Assembly (NCBI GenBank): GCA_028534125.1
Contig: CM052818.1
Location: 36,396,001 to 36,460,000 of the forward strand
Length of the DNA: 64,000 nucleotides
Reading direction: 5' to 3'
Source: Lama glama
Taxonomy: Eukaryota
The notes beneath the pieces were generated by a model. That model searched no databases. It was not told the origin of the DNA and saw nothing but the letters and a program-made list of their open reading frames with translations. The position numbers and the translations under genes were made by a program. How positions within the stretch are numbered: the first letter of the stretch is position 1; each line of letters starts with the position of its first letter. Shown piece by piece: positions 51,076-64,000 of this stretch.

Positions 51076-53957
51076 TGTTTATCACTGTTGCTCCAGCTCC
51101 TTTCACAACTAACGGCTGGTAAGACTCAACATTGAAAAGCTGTGAGTTCTTTTCTAAGTGAATGTATCAATTAAGTGCAATCAATTATAGTGTCCCCAAA
51201 ATTTAAGAGGAGGCAGTTTTAAAAAGCCTCTGTGTTTCCTCTAGAACATAAATAAGAGCATAGCAAGGAGAATTCTAGAGGAAAAAGTGTAAAGAAGAAG
51301 CCCTTCCAGATTTTTACACAGGTAATAGAACTATGGTAATAAAGTATTTGTACCTGTGCAAGGATAGACAGACAAAGTAACAAAAGAGAGAATTCATGCT
51401 TAGGCCTGGGTGGAAACAGAATTTAGTATTTGATGATATGATGTTGAATATATGATGATGAAATCTGATATCGTAGATTAGGTGGATTATTTAACAAATG
51501 GTCTTAGAAAACTGGCTGGCACTATGCGGGGAAGAAGAAAAAACAGAATTGGATTTTCTACCCCTTTCTGTAGCCCCCAAATAAATTCTAACTTGTTAGT
51601 GGAACTATAAAAGTGTTAGAATAATTCACAATGTCAGTATATTATCTGGGAATGATAAAGTGATTTCAAAGCAGTGAACAAAAGCTAGAAAGTATAAAGG
51701 TAAGAACAAATTTGACTTTGTAAAATTTTAAATTACACCTGGCAAAAAAACTTCCTTTAAATAAAATTAATCAACATAACCTGGTAAAAATTTGTATTTG
51801 CAACACATGTCAAGGACAAGTTTCCTAAATATACAAAGATACATTAAAATGAGTAAGAAGAAAGAAAAACAAACTAATATAAGAACTGGCAAAACAGAAG
51901 CATACCATTTATAGGGAGAAAAAAGGAAAAAGCAACCAATAAAAATTGAAAAGATTCTTTGTTTCATTTACTCATAAGTGAAAAAAGTGCAGATTAAAGT
52001 AACAAGATGCTATTTTAAAACAGCTATCAGCTTTGTGAAAGTAAAAAGCTTGAGAAACCTAGTGGAGATGTGGGCACTTATATTCAGTTAGTGGAAATGT
52101 AAATTTGTTTAATGATTTTGGAGTGTAGTTTGGAACTATCTTTAAAAATTTCAGTTACATTTTGACCCAGGGATTTTACATTAAGAAAAATTTCATAGAG
52201 ATACGTTAGCTTTAAGTATTCACTGCTGAATATGCAAGGATATTTATCACAGCATTGTGTAGAATTGCCAAACAAAATAAGACAAAAAGAAACAAACTAA
52301 ATGCCCTTTTATGGTGGACTGGTTAAAATAGAGTATATCCTTACATACAAAGGAAAACTATGGAGTCATTAACAAGAATGAAGTAGATTTTCATAATTTG
52401 ATACAGAAAGATGAAGGAGATGTTAGTGAAAAAAGTTGTGAATCAATCAAGTATGATCTTTGTGTAAAAGAAAAAAAGCTTTAAAATTTGCTTATGCTTA
52501 TATGAAAGTAGAAATTTTATCCAAGAATACCCCCCCCCAAAACTGTTAATAATCGTTGCTTTGGCTTGAGGGAAGGAATTTGGAGGACTGGGGAATGGAT
52601 AAACTTTGTCATTTTAGTTTACACTCTGCTATACAATTTGGAATTTTTTTTCCCTTTTACATGTATATTTGACAGTATCAAGCATACTGAAAGATAAAAT
52701 CACTTTGAAAGAGGAACATTTTCAAAGTGAAGAGGGTATTCAGTCTATAGTTATCCTTTATGCCTAATATGTATATATATTCATAAACACAATACTGGCT
52801 TAATGTTAGGTAAGGAAATATTTAAGAAGCATTGTCGTAAACTATATGTTGATGTTAATGGGATCTTGGGATTTTTTTTCCTGAATCCTACTTGGCATCA
52901 TTGGCTAAATGTGAATTCTCACTGCATATTCTTTGGTCTCTTCCACATTTCTTGATTTTACTACTTTTTTTTGTTGTGTTGGGGAGGGTGAGAGCAGTGT
53001 CACTTGGCAGTGGAAAACAACAAAAACCCACCATTTATTGTCTTCATTTGTACTACATTGCATCTAGTATGTCAAGACATCTCATCTTCTCTGAGTTCAC
53101 ATCTGAGCTTCTGAGTTAGAAGAAGGGCTTATTCTTGAGTGACCACCATGTGGATGTCCATTCTATGCAGGCACAGAGTCAGAATTTTGTAGTTCTGGTA
53201 GCTGAAGCTCTAACTTCCTCTGAATACTGACCAGAGATCAGATAAACTGTCCGGGTTAATCCCTGAGTGTTTGTATTTTAAGTGTATATTTACAATTATT
53301 TTACGTTCAGAAACATAATACTGTCTCTCTTAAAAAATTCTTTAAAAAGAGGCTATTATATAATAAAACTTAAGACTTTTTTTCTTAATTTGTAGCAATT
53401 GGCAGGCTTGGTATAAGTAGGTATAAAAGTCCTAGGGAAGAGAGTGCACAAGTCAGGTGCTGAAATGATAAAAAACCCCTTCTCTCTATTCTTCTGTTCT
53501 AGATTCCCTTTCTTTTCTTCCCTTTTGTTTTACTTCTCTTGGTAGCTAGGCTTTCCAGGATTATCTCTAAATAGATGTGGAATCTAAAGGTTTGTTCTGT
53601 GGCAAGTTTTTCTTCTGTGATTGTCCCTTTTCCTCTGCCTCTAAGATAATACAAATTAAATTGGGTTTATTTAATAGTGTAACAGAAACACAAAGGTAGC
53701 TTAAAAGTAAAGAAGTCTTAAATCACCTTTAAAGACCTGTGTTTATATATGTGATAAGATGGAAAGAGGGGAAGAGCCTTGATACTTGTTTATACCCTGG
53801 GAACCATGTTTAACTCTGTATCTGTTGTTTAAAACATCCACATACAAACAAATATATAACAAAACTTCCTTTTCTTCTTCTGACTGCCTCAGCTATTGAT
53901 TAATGTCATTTGGATGAAAAATGGTAGAGGAGTTAGTGTCTGCTGCAGGGTTTTATC

Positions 53958-54145
53958 ATTGTTTCTTAAGATTTAATGAGCATAAGAATCTCCTGGGAGT
54001 GCTTATTACAATTTCTGATTCTCTGGCTCCACACCCAGAGATTCTGATTCATTAAATTTGGGATGAGCACAGGAATCTGCACTTTAAGCATGCATCCTGG
54101 TTAGTACTGTTCTTGGTCTTCAGTAGATCACACTTTGAGATACAG
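53958..54145. mobile_element. MER5A-like hAT MITE
   Basis: gcataagaatctcctggg...cccagagattctgattca...aggaatctgcacttt...cacactttgaga. Confidence 0.8.
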
Positions 54146-57100
54146 TATTTTACCTGGTCACAGGACTCTGGTTCGACATATGTAACTGAAACAGTTGCCG
54201 GAGTTCATAAAGTAACTGTGTGTGTATGTGTGTGTGCGTGTAAGTTTGTATGTTACTGGGTATTTCATTGTCTCCCAAAGGCTCTGAAAGGAGAATGGAA
54301 AACCCTGGTATAGTCTGAAAGATTTATGGTTGTCCCACTACATTCACAAGTAATTATGGAGCCTTACAAGACTAGAAACATTAGTATCTATATATAGTAG
54401 AAGATTTACTGTATTAACATACTTAAAAAAAAAAAGAAGCAACAACTTTGATTCCCCTTTCTGACATTTTCACCTGTTTTTGGTCTCACATTATTTCTAC
54501 TAATTTGGGAAAAAAGGGATTGATGACTTTATTATATATCTTCTTCATTAGTACAAAAATATGATTGAATTGATAAATTTATATATGGTCTGTCAGAAGC
54601 TTGGAGTTTGGGTACTGTATAGTATTATGAGTAATTTCGAATGGTCAATAAGGTCTTGGGGTGAAAATTTTAGTATTTTTCTTTCCCTGGAAAGAAATTA
54701 TATCTGGAAATTCTCAGGGGAAATCTGTTTTGTTAAGTAGCATTAAGGAATTAATATACTTAACTATGTGTATACTTCGGATGCTCTTGTATTTGTGTAT
54801 AAGGATTTCTGGATCTTCCCATAGCAGTTTATGTATACTTTGGACACTCTTGTGTTTGTGCACATGGGTACACATCTGTGTTTTACCATACCTACTTTTT
54901 TTTTTTTTGATTTGTAAACAAGTTAAATTGTCCTGTTCCAAAGTGTATCACATTTACTGAAATTATTGAAGTTTTTAGCAATGAAAATATCAGAAAAGGA
55001 ATTGGGTGATTTAATTTTCAGTAAGTGTTGATTTATGTGCATCCTTTGTTCAGAAACTCTAGTATAGCTGTGTTTTGTAGCATACTGATTTTATTTGCTT
55101 GTAAAGAAATTGGGCATTTTATTTCTTGAATCCTTATCTTCAGATCCCAAACAGTGCCTTCTTTCACAGAGATGCTCAGTAAATCTTAGATAAATGGAAC
55201 ATAAATGGAGTAAGTGATATTATGGAATAAAGTTATCAGTAATGCAGATATAGTATTTATTTTAATATTTTGATAGCATGATTTAAAAGTTTATTAAAAT
55301 AAACTTAAATAGTGCTTTTTAATTTTTATAAAATTTGAGAATATTTTAGCTCCCAAGATATTTATTTTATCTATATTTTATATAATTTTAGCACATTCAT
55401 AATACTGTAACATGATCAAGACAAATTCTTGAAGTTTATTGATGACAAAATGTTGTTTTTCTCTTTTTTATATAGCTCCTTTTAGGAAGGTGAAAGCTGT
55501 ACTGGCTTGGAGCTTTTTACTTCATTCACATTTGTATTTAAGTTGATTCTAGTTTTCAGTTTCTAATGAAAATGGCTTGTTATGGGCTATATATTCTTAA
55601 CAAAAATACAGTAAATTTTCACACACTGAACATTTTAATTTGGCGTCTAAAATATTGATTTGAAATTTAGCTTTTGAGATAAGAACTTTTATAAATACAG
55701 CTGCAATTTATATTATCAGTACTTCCTTGCATGGATACTTCTAATTTCAATGGCCTGATTTTTGCCTTTCATGTCTTTAATATTCAGAGAAAATAGTTTT
55801 TGATTTTTTTAATCAAGAAACTTTAAAAAAAGTTATATAAAGGGACTATGATGTCTGGGGCAAGAAGAGGCCAGAAGTATATTGTTTAAAGAATTAAAAT
55901 GAACAGTTCACATACACTGGTGTTTGTTCATTTTACTTGTGCAAGAGTGCTGGTCATGTCAGAGGTATTTTGAAACGGTTGGTTCAGTAATTTGGCCTAC
56001 TGTCTTTTTTTCTCTATAACAGTTTTTCTGTTTTCTACTACACCTTGCACATCCACCAATCCAAGACACCCTGTAGGTGAGTATTTTTCTAGTTATCAAA
56101 TGGCATCACTTGTTCCCAAGACAGTTGCCGCTTCACTAAAACTAGGCTTTATTTTTCTTCTATGAAATATCTGGTTAATTGATTTCACAGAGTGTTATTC
56201 CACAACTTCAAAAGTTACCAGCAAACTGCTAAAGATCTGGTTTTACTTTATAGAAAAATCACAATAGGATTAAATCTTTTTCTGAATTTTTAAATACTAT
56301 TCTCAGACTCTATTCTTTTTGAAATTTCATTACAAAAACAGAATTATGATAGGTTGGCTATATTTTTAAAGAAAATATTAAAGTTTATTTTAGTATTTGG
56401 AGGTACCATGGAGTAAGGAATTAAAAAGGAAACTTGTTTTAGTAGTGCTTTTAAATTTTTCTAGAAATAAAGGATGTTTTTCCTTTAAAGGCTTAGGAGA
56501 GAAGTTTTGGAAATATTCGGAGGATATTGGTATTGCGTATAGTTACATTAATTTTCAATCTATGTAATTATATATTCATGGGCCAGAAAGCCTGAGCCTT
56601 TTAATTTTTCTATATTTGTCTTAGACTTTTTTCCTGTTTTTATCCCTTCTAAGTTTTTCAATATAATTTCAGAAATTCTGTTAATCCAAATATTTTCCTA
56701 AAGTCTTTGGAAATAAAAAGGTCAATAGTGTGATGTTCAATTTGCTGATTTTGAGAAGATTGAATGAAGAGAGTGAAAAAATAGAAAAAAAGCCTCAACT
56801 CTTTTAGAGTCGGTGATGCTTGTACATCTAGGGCAGCCTTGCAGATAAGTTTAAAACACCTACAGTAATGCATTATTTATCTTCTGGCACTGTAAAGTTT
56901 TTTATTATCACTTAACCATCTGTTGCTTTGCCCATATTCTTTGATACTTGTTAGCAGTTAGATGTTCTCAACACGTACTCCTAGAAAATCTAACCTACAA
57001 ATAGTAGAATGCAAGGCAAAATTTAATTTTTTAAAAAGGCATGTTTCTCATCTCTCCCTGGGCATGTGGTAACTTGCATGGCTGAATTAGATAGGTAATT

Positions 57101-58742
57101 TTGCGGTGTTTCCCAGTAAGCTATGTAGCTTATTAGTCTTTTTCATATAATTACCTTGCTCTCCCTTCTGACTTTCCCTATTTTTACCAGTACAGAATGG
57201 AACTGGGAAGCAACAGTAGGCATTGGTCACTGTCTTCCACAAACCAAATGCCTGATTTGGGTGGCTTGTAATTTTTTTATTTTTGAAATCAAATGCCTCT
57301 CTTGCCTTTGTGCTCCTGTGTGGTTCCTTCCTTTGCCAATATTTATGCTTGTTTTTCTCTTATGAGTATTCTACAAAATATTCTACAAGAACTTTGGAAA
57401 GCAGTAATTCTTGAATTTTCAGGATCCTGGATAAGAGGGTACATGTTTGCAGAAAAGGTTAAAATTTGAGAGTCCTGAAGGAGTTGTACTGTACAACTGT
57501 TCTGGATTGGTGGATATGCAAATATTAAAGGAAGGGAAGGAGCAAATATTTTGATGTGAATGATCATAACATCTATATTTCCAATTTGGGGGGAAATTTT
57601 ATTTGAGCATCTTTCATTTGACTTACTATTAAATTGGCCATACATTTTATTTTACACAGGAGATTTAAAGCTGTAGAAAGTATAGTATTTTAAAAATTCA
57701 TGGAAGTGGTAGACTTACTTATTAAAGAAAAATAATCCTTTTGAATCTTAGGAGGAATGTTTCTAATAATCCTAATCATTTAAAAGATTAATTCTTTTTT
57801 CTGTATTTTGCATATTACATAGGTTAATTGAAATATGTTTAAAATAGTAGACAATTTTAGGAGTAGAATTCTCAAATTACATTGAAGAAAGATTTTTACA
57901 CTTATCCTTACACTTATTAAAAGTACTGCAGAGATGTCATATTAACCTGTGAGAATTTGTTGATGGGTTATCGAGCAGTTGTTGGCTTTTATGTAAAGGG
58001 CAGCAGTTCTGTTTGGCAACTTAATAGCCAACCTGGTCTTCATTGGCATGTGTTGGCAGACTGTGACTGAAGCTATAGTTATGATTCTTTTGAACACCTG
58101 AGGAAACTTTAAATTTTGTATTTTCTGAAGTGAGAGTGTCTCATAGCTTTTTGCTAATTCATTTTTTGCTCTTTAGAGATTAAGGGTATTTTGTGACTGT
58201 TTTATAGAAGATTGAATTAAGGTAATAGGAGCTAAACAAGTGGTCAGCAGGTAGTTCATTAATTTTAAGCCCTAGGGTGGTACATCTTGATTAAAATACT
58301 TAATTCGTATGTTGAGTGATTTTAGGCATTGTGCAAGAACATGTAAACTATGTCTTCCTTTTCTTCTTCGTGCTTACTGATAGTCACTCTGACGTGGGTG
58401 ACATACAGGTGCATGCTTATCTCTTTATTTGCAGCATATTTTGTAGTGGTGTTTTGCTTTATTTACATGATATATAAGTGGAGCAATTTGATGTCTTTAT
58501 ACTATTAATATATACTGAATAGAAATAATAAAATAACAAAACATATTCCTTTTTTTAGGTGGGATAAGGGTAGATAGAAGCTGTATGTAAGTCTTGTGCA
58601 TAAAATCTTGAACAACTTAAATATCAGAGCTGAAAATAATTACAGTAACAGGCCTGACACATTTTATGTATTTGGAAGTTATTGTGTAGACTTTAGAATA
58701 ATATCTATTTAAATTTTTAATGCTAGTTCTTTCCTTAATTAG

Positions 58743-58928
58743 ATTTTTCGTGAAGCTCGAAGAACAGTACCTAGTATTGTTTATATGCCTCACATTGGTG
58801 ATTGGTGGGAAGCTGTCAGTGAAACTGTGAGAGCAACTTTTCTGACTTTGCTACAAGATATACCATCATTTTCACCCATATTTTTATTGTCTACCTCTGA
58901 AACTATGTACAGTGAACTGCCTGAAGAG
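58743..58928 (+). CDS. ATAD2B: ATAD2B coding exon (186 nt): IFREARRTVPSIVYMPHIGDWWEAVSETVRATFLTLLQDIPSFSPIFLLSTSETMYSELPEE
   Basis: ccttaattag| acceptor, GAG|gtaaga donor; phase 0-0; ORF-track 58785..58979. Confidence 0.97.
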
Positions 58929-59794
58929 GTAAGAACTGATGAAATATTTATCTTTTTTTATTATATTGTTTTAAAATAGTTGACCTTATAAATTTGACAC
59001 ATTTTAGTTATTATAAAATCAGTACTGTCAAGGTTCATGCCTTGGTTGTACCACTTATTAGCTATGTGACTTTAGTTAATGTTTTAAATTTCAGTTTCTT
59101 TTTTGGTGTATATTTTGATGTATTCCTCATGTTGTGAGTACTGAGAGAATTCTTGCTTTGACTGGACCCCAGCATATATACAGTACCTACTAATAAGATC
59201 TGAGCCGTATTATCGTCAGTTCTAACTATCCTCATTCTTACCATTTGTTAGATTATTTGGTGGGATTTGACCTTTCAGCTCTTTCATTGGTAACATCATG
59301 TTAAGTTGAATATTATTATGACTGTGCATATTTTTCAAATCTATTATTTAGCTTTTGAATTCAAATCTAACTCATTTAATATAGTGGAATCTGAGGTAAA
59401 AATCGCAGTTGTTTCCGAAAAAATTAGTAGATCAGCTCATATGAATGAAACTGGTTTTTTAAAAATTATTTTAACATTCTGTGCTTACTAGGTTTTGAAA
59501 TAATCTCCTTTAGAAATGCTTACAAGTAATTTGCCCAGGCAACACAGTTCTTATAAAAAGATTTACATATTTCAGATGCTATAATATAAATCTTGATTAT
59601 GTAGAATGTTATAATTCAGATGTTTGTTTACCAGGCTTTTTCATTCTGTTTCAGTGTTTGTTATCTGTCTTGCTAAAGATCTGTACAACTTACTACTCTT
59701 GTAAGAAAAGTATATTAAATGTAGAATAGTTCTTTTCTGTTATTCAGAGTCTGGTATTATTTGGAGACCGTTAATCAGAAATTTTTTTTTAATC

Positions 59795-60025
59795 ACAGGG
59801 GCAGTAAAGTTTAGTGGAAAGACATATGTAGTAAGAGTCAGGAAAACCATGGTACTGACTTACTTGTCTTTTGATCTTGAGTAAATATTTGAACCTAGAA
59901 TAGCCTCAGTTTCTTCATCTACAAAATATGGATAATAACAGACAGGCTTGTTAGTGCAAGGCAATATATGTGAATTTATTTTGGAAATCACAGAGCTATA
60001 AAATGTTTGGTATTATATTAGTATT
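59795..60025 (+). mobile_element. MIR SINE
   Basis: agcctcagtttcttcatctacaaaat core. Confidence 0.7.
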
Positions 60026-60246
60026 ATAAAGTACAATTGCACCTGAAATTAATTTAGAAGAATAGACTGAACCTGGGCATTACCTAGGAGCCACTTTTTG
60101 AAATTAGATCTTCACTGTTAACTAATTTTATTATAATTTTATAAAAGATAAAGAAAAACCAGAATAATTGAGGGTTTTAGTTAGGAGTATATACTTACCT
60201 GAATTTTCCTTATATTGTTTGAAAAATGTATAAATAAAAGTCTTAA

Positions 60247-60529
60247 TGAACCTGTCTTCTTTTTTTTTAAATATACTGTTAATTGAAGTATAGTCAGTTT
60301 ATAATGTGTCAATTTCTGGTGTACAGCACAGTGCTTCAGTCATATAGGAACATACATATATTTGTTTTCATATTTTTTTGCTCTAAGTTACTACAAGAGA
60401 TTGAATATAGTTCCCTGTGCTCTACAGTATAAACCTGTGTTTATGTTGAACCTGTCTTTTTTTTTTCCTACATTTTTTATTGATTTATAATCATTTTACA
60501 GTGTTGTGTCAAATTGAACCTGTCTTCTT
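60247..60529 (-). mobile_element. Two tandem 5'-truncated L1 3' ends bounded by three copies of the target site
   Basis: tgaacctgtctt at 60247, 60447 and 60515, the first two each followed by poly-T and an L1 terminus. Confidence 0.88.
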
Positions 60530-62050
60530 GATATATAGTTTTCATTTTGCTTATTCTTGTGTATTGGTATGTGTGATTTTATTGGTGGTTTAGTTTTTTA
60601 GAACTAACATTGCATCATACACATTTTCAATGTTGTCATAATTTTTAGTGGATTAAAAAAGCCTACTAGTTAGTAGGTTTTTAAAATTATTTGTTTACCA
60701 GTACCCTTAATTAGTAGCTAAAATATTAGAAATATATTAGCATTGAATCCTGAAATTTCAGCACCCACCTCCCCACTTTTGTCTTCTGTATTCTTTGCCC
60801 TTATTAATCAAGCAGCCACTAAAGTTATCATGGATATTCACATCTATAGGGTGAAGATTGTGGGAATTTTCTCAGACTACTGATTACATAATATATTTTC
60901 TACTAATTTTTTAGAAAGCTTCCTCTGCCCCCAAGCCTTTCATTTTAACTTCAGCTTTGCCATTAGGATATTGCTTTATTTAGGTCACAAACTGAGATAG
61001 TGGTGAATTATACTTAGCATATACTGATAAATATTTAGTGAATGAATAAAGAGCACGGAGAATTGCAGACCAAGTAAGTGTAGTTTAGCAAGGTGCCAGC
61101 TCTATGGAAGTAATGAAGTAGACAGTGGGTAGCAAAAAACTAAGTGATTCTAGAAGAAAGAAATGATTAGTTACTACAGCGTATTTAAGAAAATACACTG
61201 GTAGGTTAGAATAACAGTAAGATCCAGATTTTAGCCTACTGAATAGGCAAATATAATTCATGGACAAACACAGACACAACATAAACAACATAAAAAAATA
61301 CAAGCCTTTATCATAGCCTTTTGTCATGGGTTGGAAACTATCTAAATGTCCTATAATAGGGGACTGATTAGGTCACAGTAGAGTTATTCCATGAAACACA
61401 GGACTATTAAAAAAATACTGATGTAGAAAACATTTAATGTCATGAAAAGATGTTTGAATTTTTTTTATATATATATAAAACCACTTATATGTAACTATTA
61501 ATAGAGATGTTAAATAGTAATTATTTCTGAGTCTTAAGATTATAGTAATTTTTGTTTTCTTACCTGTTTTTTAAGTCTTCTGTAATAAATGCTACTATTT
61601 TCATCAGAAAATAAACTCATTCAGAGATGAAAAGTTATTCTCTACTCAGTTTTTAAAAACAAACAAAACCAAAAATGAATTAGTCATCATGAGACTGTTA
61701 TTTTATTAAGGCTATAAAAATGTCTTCTTTTTGTGGGGTGAAGTGATTAGCTCATCTTTTAGAGTTAAAGAATTCTCTTATAAATGTGCCTCTGTATTTC
61801 TCTCTGTCTCTTCTATTCCAATTGTACTCGAAATAAGACAGTACATTGGAATATTGAGAAAAACATCAGAACTTCTATTCATTTTAATTTTTTATATTAA
61901 ATATTTTATGTATAATGTTTTATAATAGAAATAGTAGTATTAGTAGAATAGTATGTTTAAATAAATATGCATATACTGGAGGGAATATTTTCAAATTTTT
62001 TACTGATGAGGTGTTTGATGAAAAAAAAATTGAAAGTCATTGCTCTAGAC

Positions 62051-62572
62051 TCCCTGTTTTCAAAGTATGGTCCAGTGATCCTTGTGAGCCCTATAAGACT
62101 TTAGGGGGTTGGTCTCACTTCTCTTTTTTTTTTCCCTCAACAGTGTATCTTCTTGAATATGAGTTTTTTATACGTCAGTCAGAACAACATTATTGTAACA
62201 GGTTGAATGTAGAATCAGAAAATGAGAATCCAGTTGTTTTTCCTTAAGCCAGACATTAAAGAGATTTGAAGACATGGAAAACAATGCCACTTTTCTCACT
62301 AAATTTTATTTTATATATATTTTATATTTTAGAAAAATAGATCTTTCAAAAGAACATATTTTGGAAAAATAGATCTTTCAGAAGAATGTATTTTTAAATG
62401 TTAACATGTAATGAGCTTTAAGTGAATATGTAATTTGGAAAGTTCTTAGTTTTAATTTTTAATATTTAAATATTGACAGGTATAACCCACATAAACAAAA
62501 GCTCTTTTAGGTTCTTGAGTAATTTTTAAGAGTTTAGTAAGGTCCTGAGATCAAAATGTTTGAGAATTTTTG
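62051..62572 (+). mobile_element. Charlie4a-like hAT non-autonomous element with 8-bp TSD
   Basis: aagccagacattaaagagatttg and taacccacataaacaaaagctcttt match recalled consensus; TSD ctctagac/acctagac. Confidence 0.8.
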
Positions 62573-63659
62573 ACCTAGACCATGAGCTCTTTGAGAGTAG
62601 AGAACTGTCTTACTGCCCTTTACTTTCCTGACACATTGGAATTGCTTAGTGAATGTTTGCTGTATGAAAAAAAGGAATTAACCATTGAATCACCACATAG
62701 GCTTTAGATAACTCCTGCCCAATGTCATTCCCCCCCCTTTTTTTTTTGTAACGTTTTAGTTTAAGTAAAATCTACTTCTGTGGACTCTGAAGACTTTTTC
62801 TGAGAATAGTTGAAGAATTTTACTTGAGATATATGAGAATTGCAAAACTTATTTCTCTTCAGGAGAATTACAAAAAAGGTTGAACATTAAAAAGAGACTT
62901 TTAAACCTGAAAGCAGATAGAAGTAGAAATATTTGGAAAAGGAAAGCAGATTTTGGTCAGAAAGAATTGCACTTAAATTCCTGTAGAGATTCACAGTGTG
63001 TACTTTGGTATTAAATTATTGTGGGCAGGCTCAGAATGATATAATTCAGTATATTGGAAATGAATTTTAAAGAAATACCTCCTCAGCTACACTGATGAAA
63101 GTAAAGATTTCATACAGCATTTTGTCATCTCAGTATTTCATGTCATTTTGTGTTTCTCAGTTTATGGTGGAACCTAGGAAGTAAAAACCAATAACAAGTA
63201 GAAACATCAGGTAGGGGCATTGAAAAGTCAGTTGAATGATCATATGTACAAGAGAAATATCTGAGTGTTAATACTTTGGTTGTAAAACAATATTACGATT
63301 CTTAAAATTTAAGAGGAAGGCATGCCTCCCAAGTTTTTTTTTTTTAATTAAAAAAAGTATTGTAAATGAACATGAATTATACTATTTTAAGGTATGTAGA
63401 ATGTTAATTTTTATTTTTAATAGATTGTATACCTGTTTTGAGGAAAGAAAATTTTATTTATGAAAACCATCTTAGGCTCTTTTCTGACCTGATTTTCCAC
63501 ATCTTTTCTCTTTGAGATTTTTAGTTTTTAAACTATTAATTTTCCCCATTTCAGAGGTTGCATAAACTCTACCTTCAAAACTGGAAACTAACAACTCTAA
63601 CATTTTATTAAATAAGGTAAAACAAGAAGATTTGCTAATAAAGAATTGCTGCTGTTTAT

Positions 63660-63870
63660 GTAGCTGTGTGCCAGGCACTGTATAAGCTAATAATATATAT
63701 TAACTAACGTAAGTTTTTAACTGTCCAGTGAGAAAAGTATTGTTTTCCCATTTGACAGATGAAGACACTGATGCCAACAGGGGGTAAAGTAACTTACCTA
63801 GGGTCTTATAGCTAGTGGTGGAGCAGGTTTGTCTGATTCCAAATTTCGTGCACCTATACTGCCCTATACT
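63660..63870 (-). mobile_element. MIR SINE
   Basis: tgtgccaggcactg...ccccatttgacagatgaagacactgatgc...aagtaacttacctagggtc. Confidence 0.8.
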
Positions 63871-64000
63871 AAAACCGCAGAGAGACAGTTTCTTCATATT
63901 GTGATGCTTAGGCTGATGAGTGGTTAGGGAATTGAGGTTTTGCATTCATCAAATTAAGATCATTGTTCATTCATCAAAAACGTATTGCCTGTTCTATGCA

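Larger units (their letters stand above)
49900..52680 (+). mobile_element. Ancient sense-strand L1 ORF2/3' fragments hosting a Tigger MITE and a MIR
   Basis: degraded ORF2 motifs (atatgattgtatatttggaaaac, aagactcaacattg) continue across both inserts. Confidence 0.65.

Noticed and set aside
48657..58928. Pseudogenisation suggested by broken Walker motifs (GSGQT, YMPH)
   Set aside because: A catalytically degenerate second AAA domain is an established property of the ATAD2/Yta7/Abo1 family; the frame is intact
1..64000. CRISPR array, operon or other prokaryotic/viral system
   Set aside because: No regularly spaced repeats or gene-dense regions; content is spliceosomal exons plus mammalian repeats

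Overview
AT-rich mammalian genomic DNA lying entirely inside one + strand gene, ATAD2B (AAA+ ATPase/bromodomain chromatin factor). Twelve internal coding exons (1794-58928) have GT-AG boundaries and splice into one uninterrupted frame of 1739 nt. It runs from ...VPAHQKKRENTLFDIHRSP... through the intact first AAA domain ([25 protein letters not shown]) into the degenerate second AAA domain (SGERGSGQT, IVYMPHI). The start codon and the bromodomain exons are not in the window. The introns hold L1, L2, MIR, Tigger2/MER2/MER5/MER58/Charlie fossils and tRNA-derived SINEs resembling camelid vic-1, so the host is probably a camelid (inference). No prokaryotic-type system is present. Best leads: (1) a candidate 54-nt poison exon at 56023-56076; (2) a fossil L1/Tx1-type ORF1p C-terminal fragment at ~35510-35870 that does not resemble mammalian L1; (3) a duplicated, frameshifting 3' splice site 34 nt upstream of exon 34476; (4) an L1-in-Tigger2-in-MIR nest where a doubly truncated L1 sits in place of the transposase N-terminus; (5) two successive L1 insertions into the same target site at 60247-60529. 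Repeat family names and most repeat boundaries come from by-eye recall of consensus sequences and are approximate.
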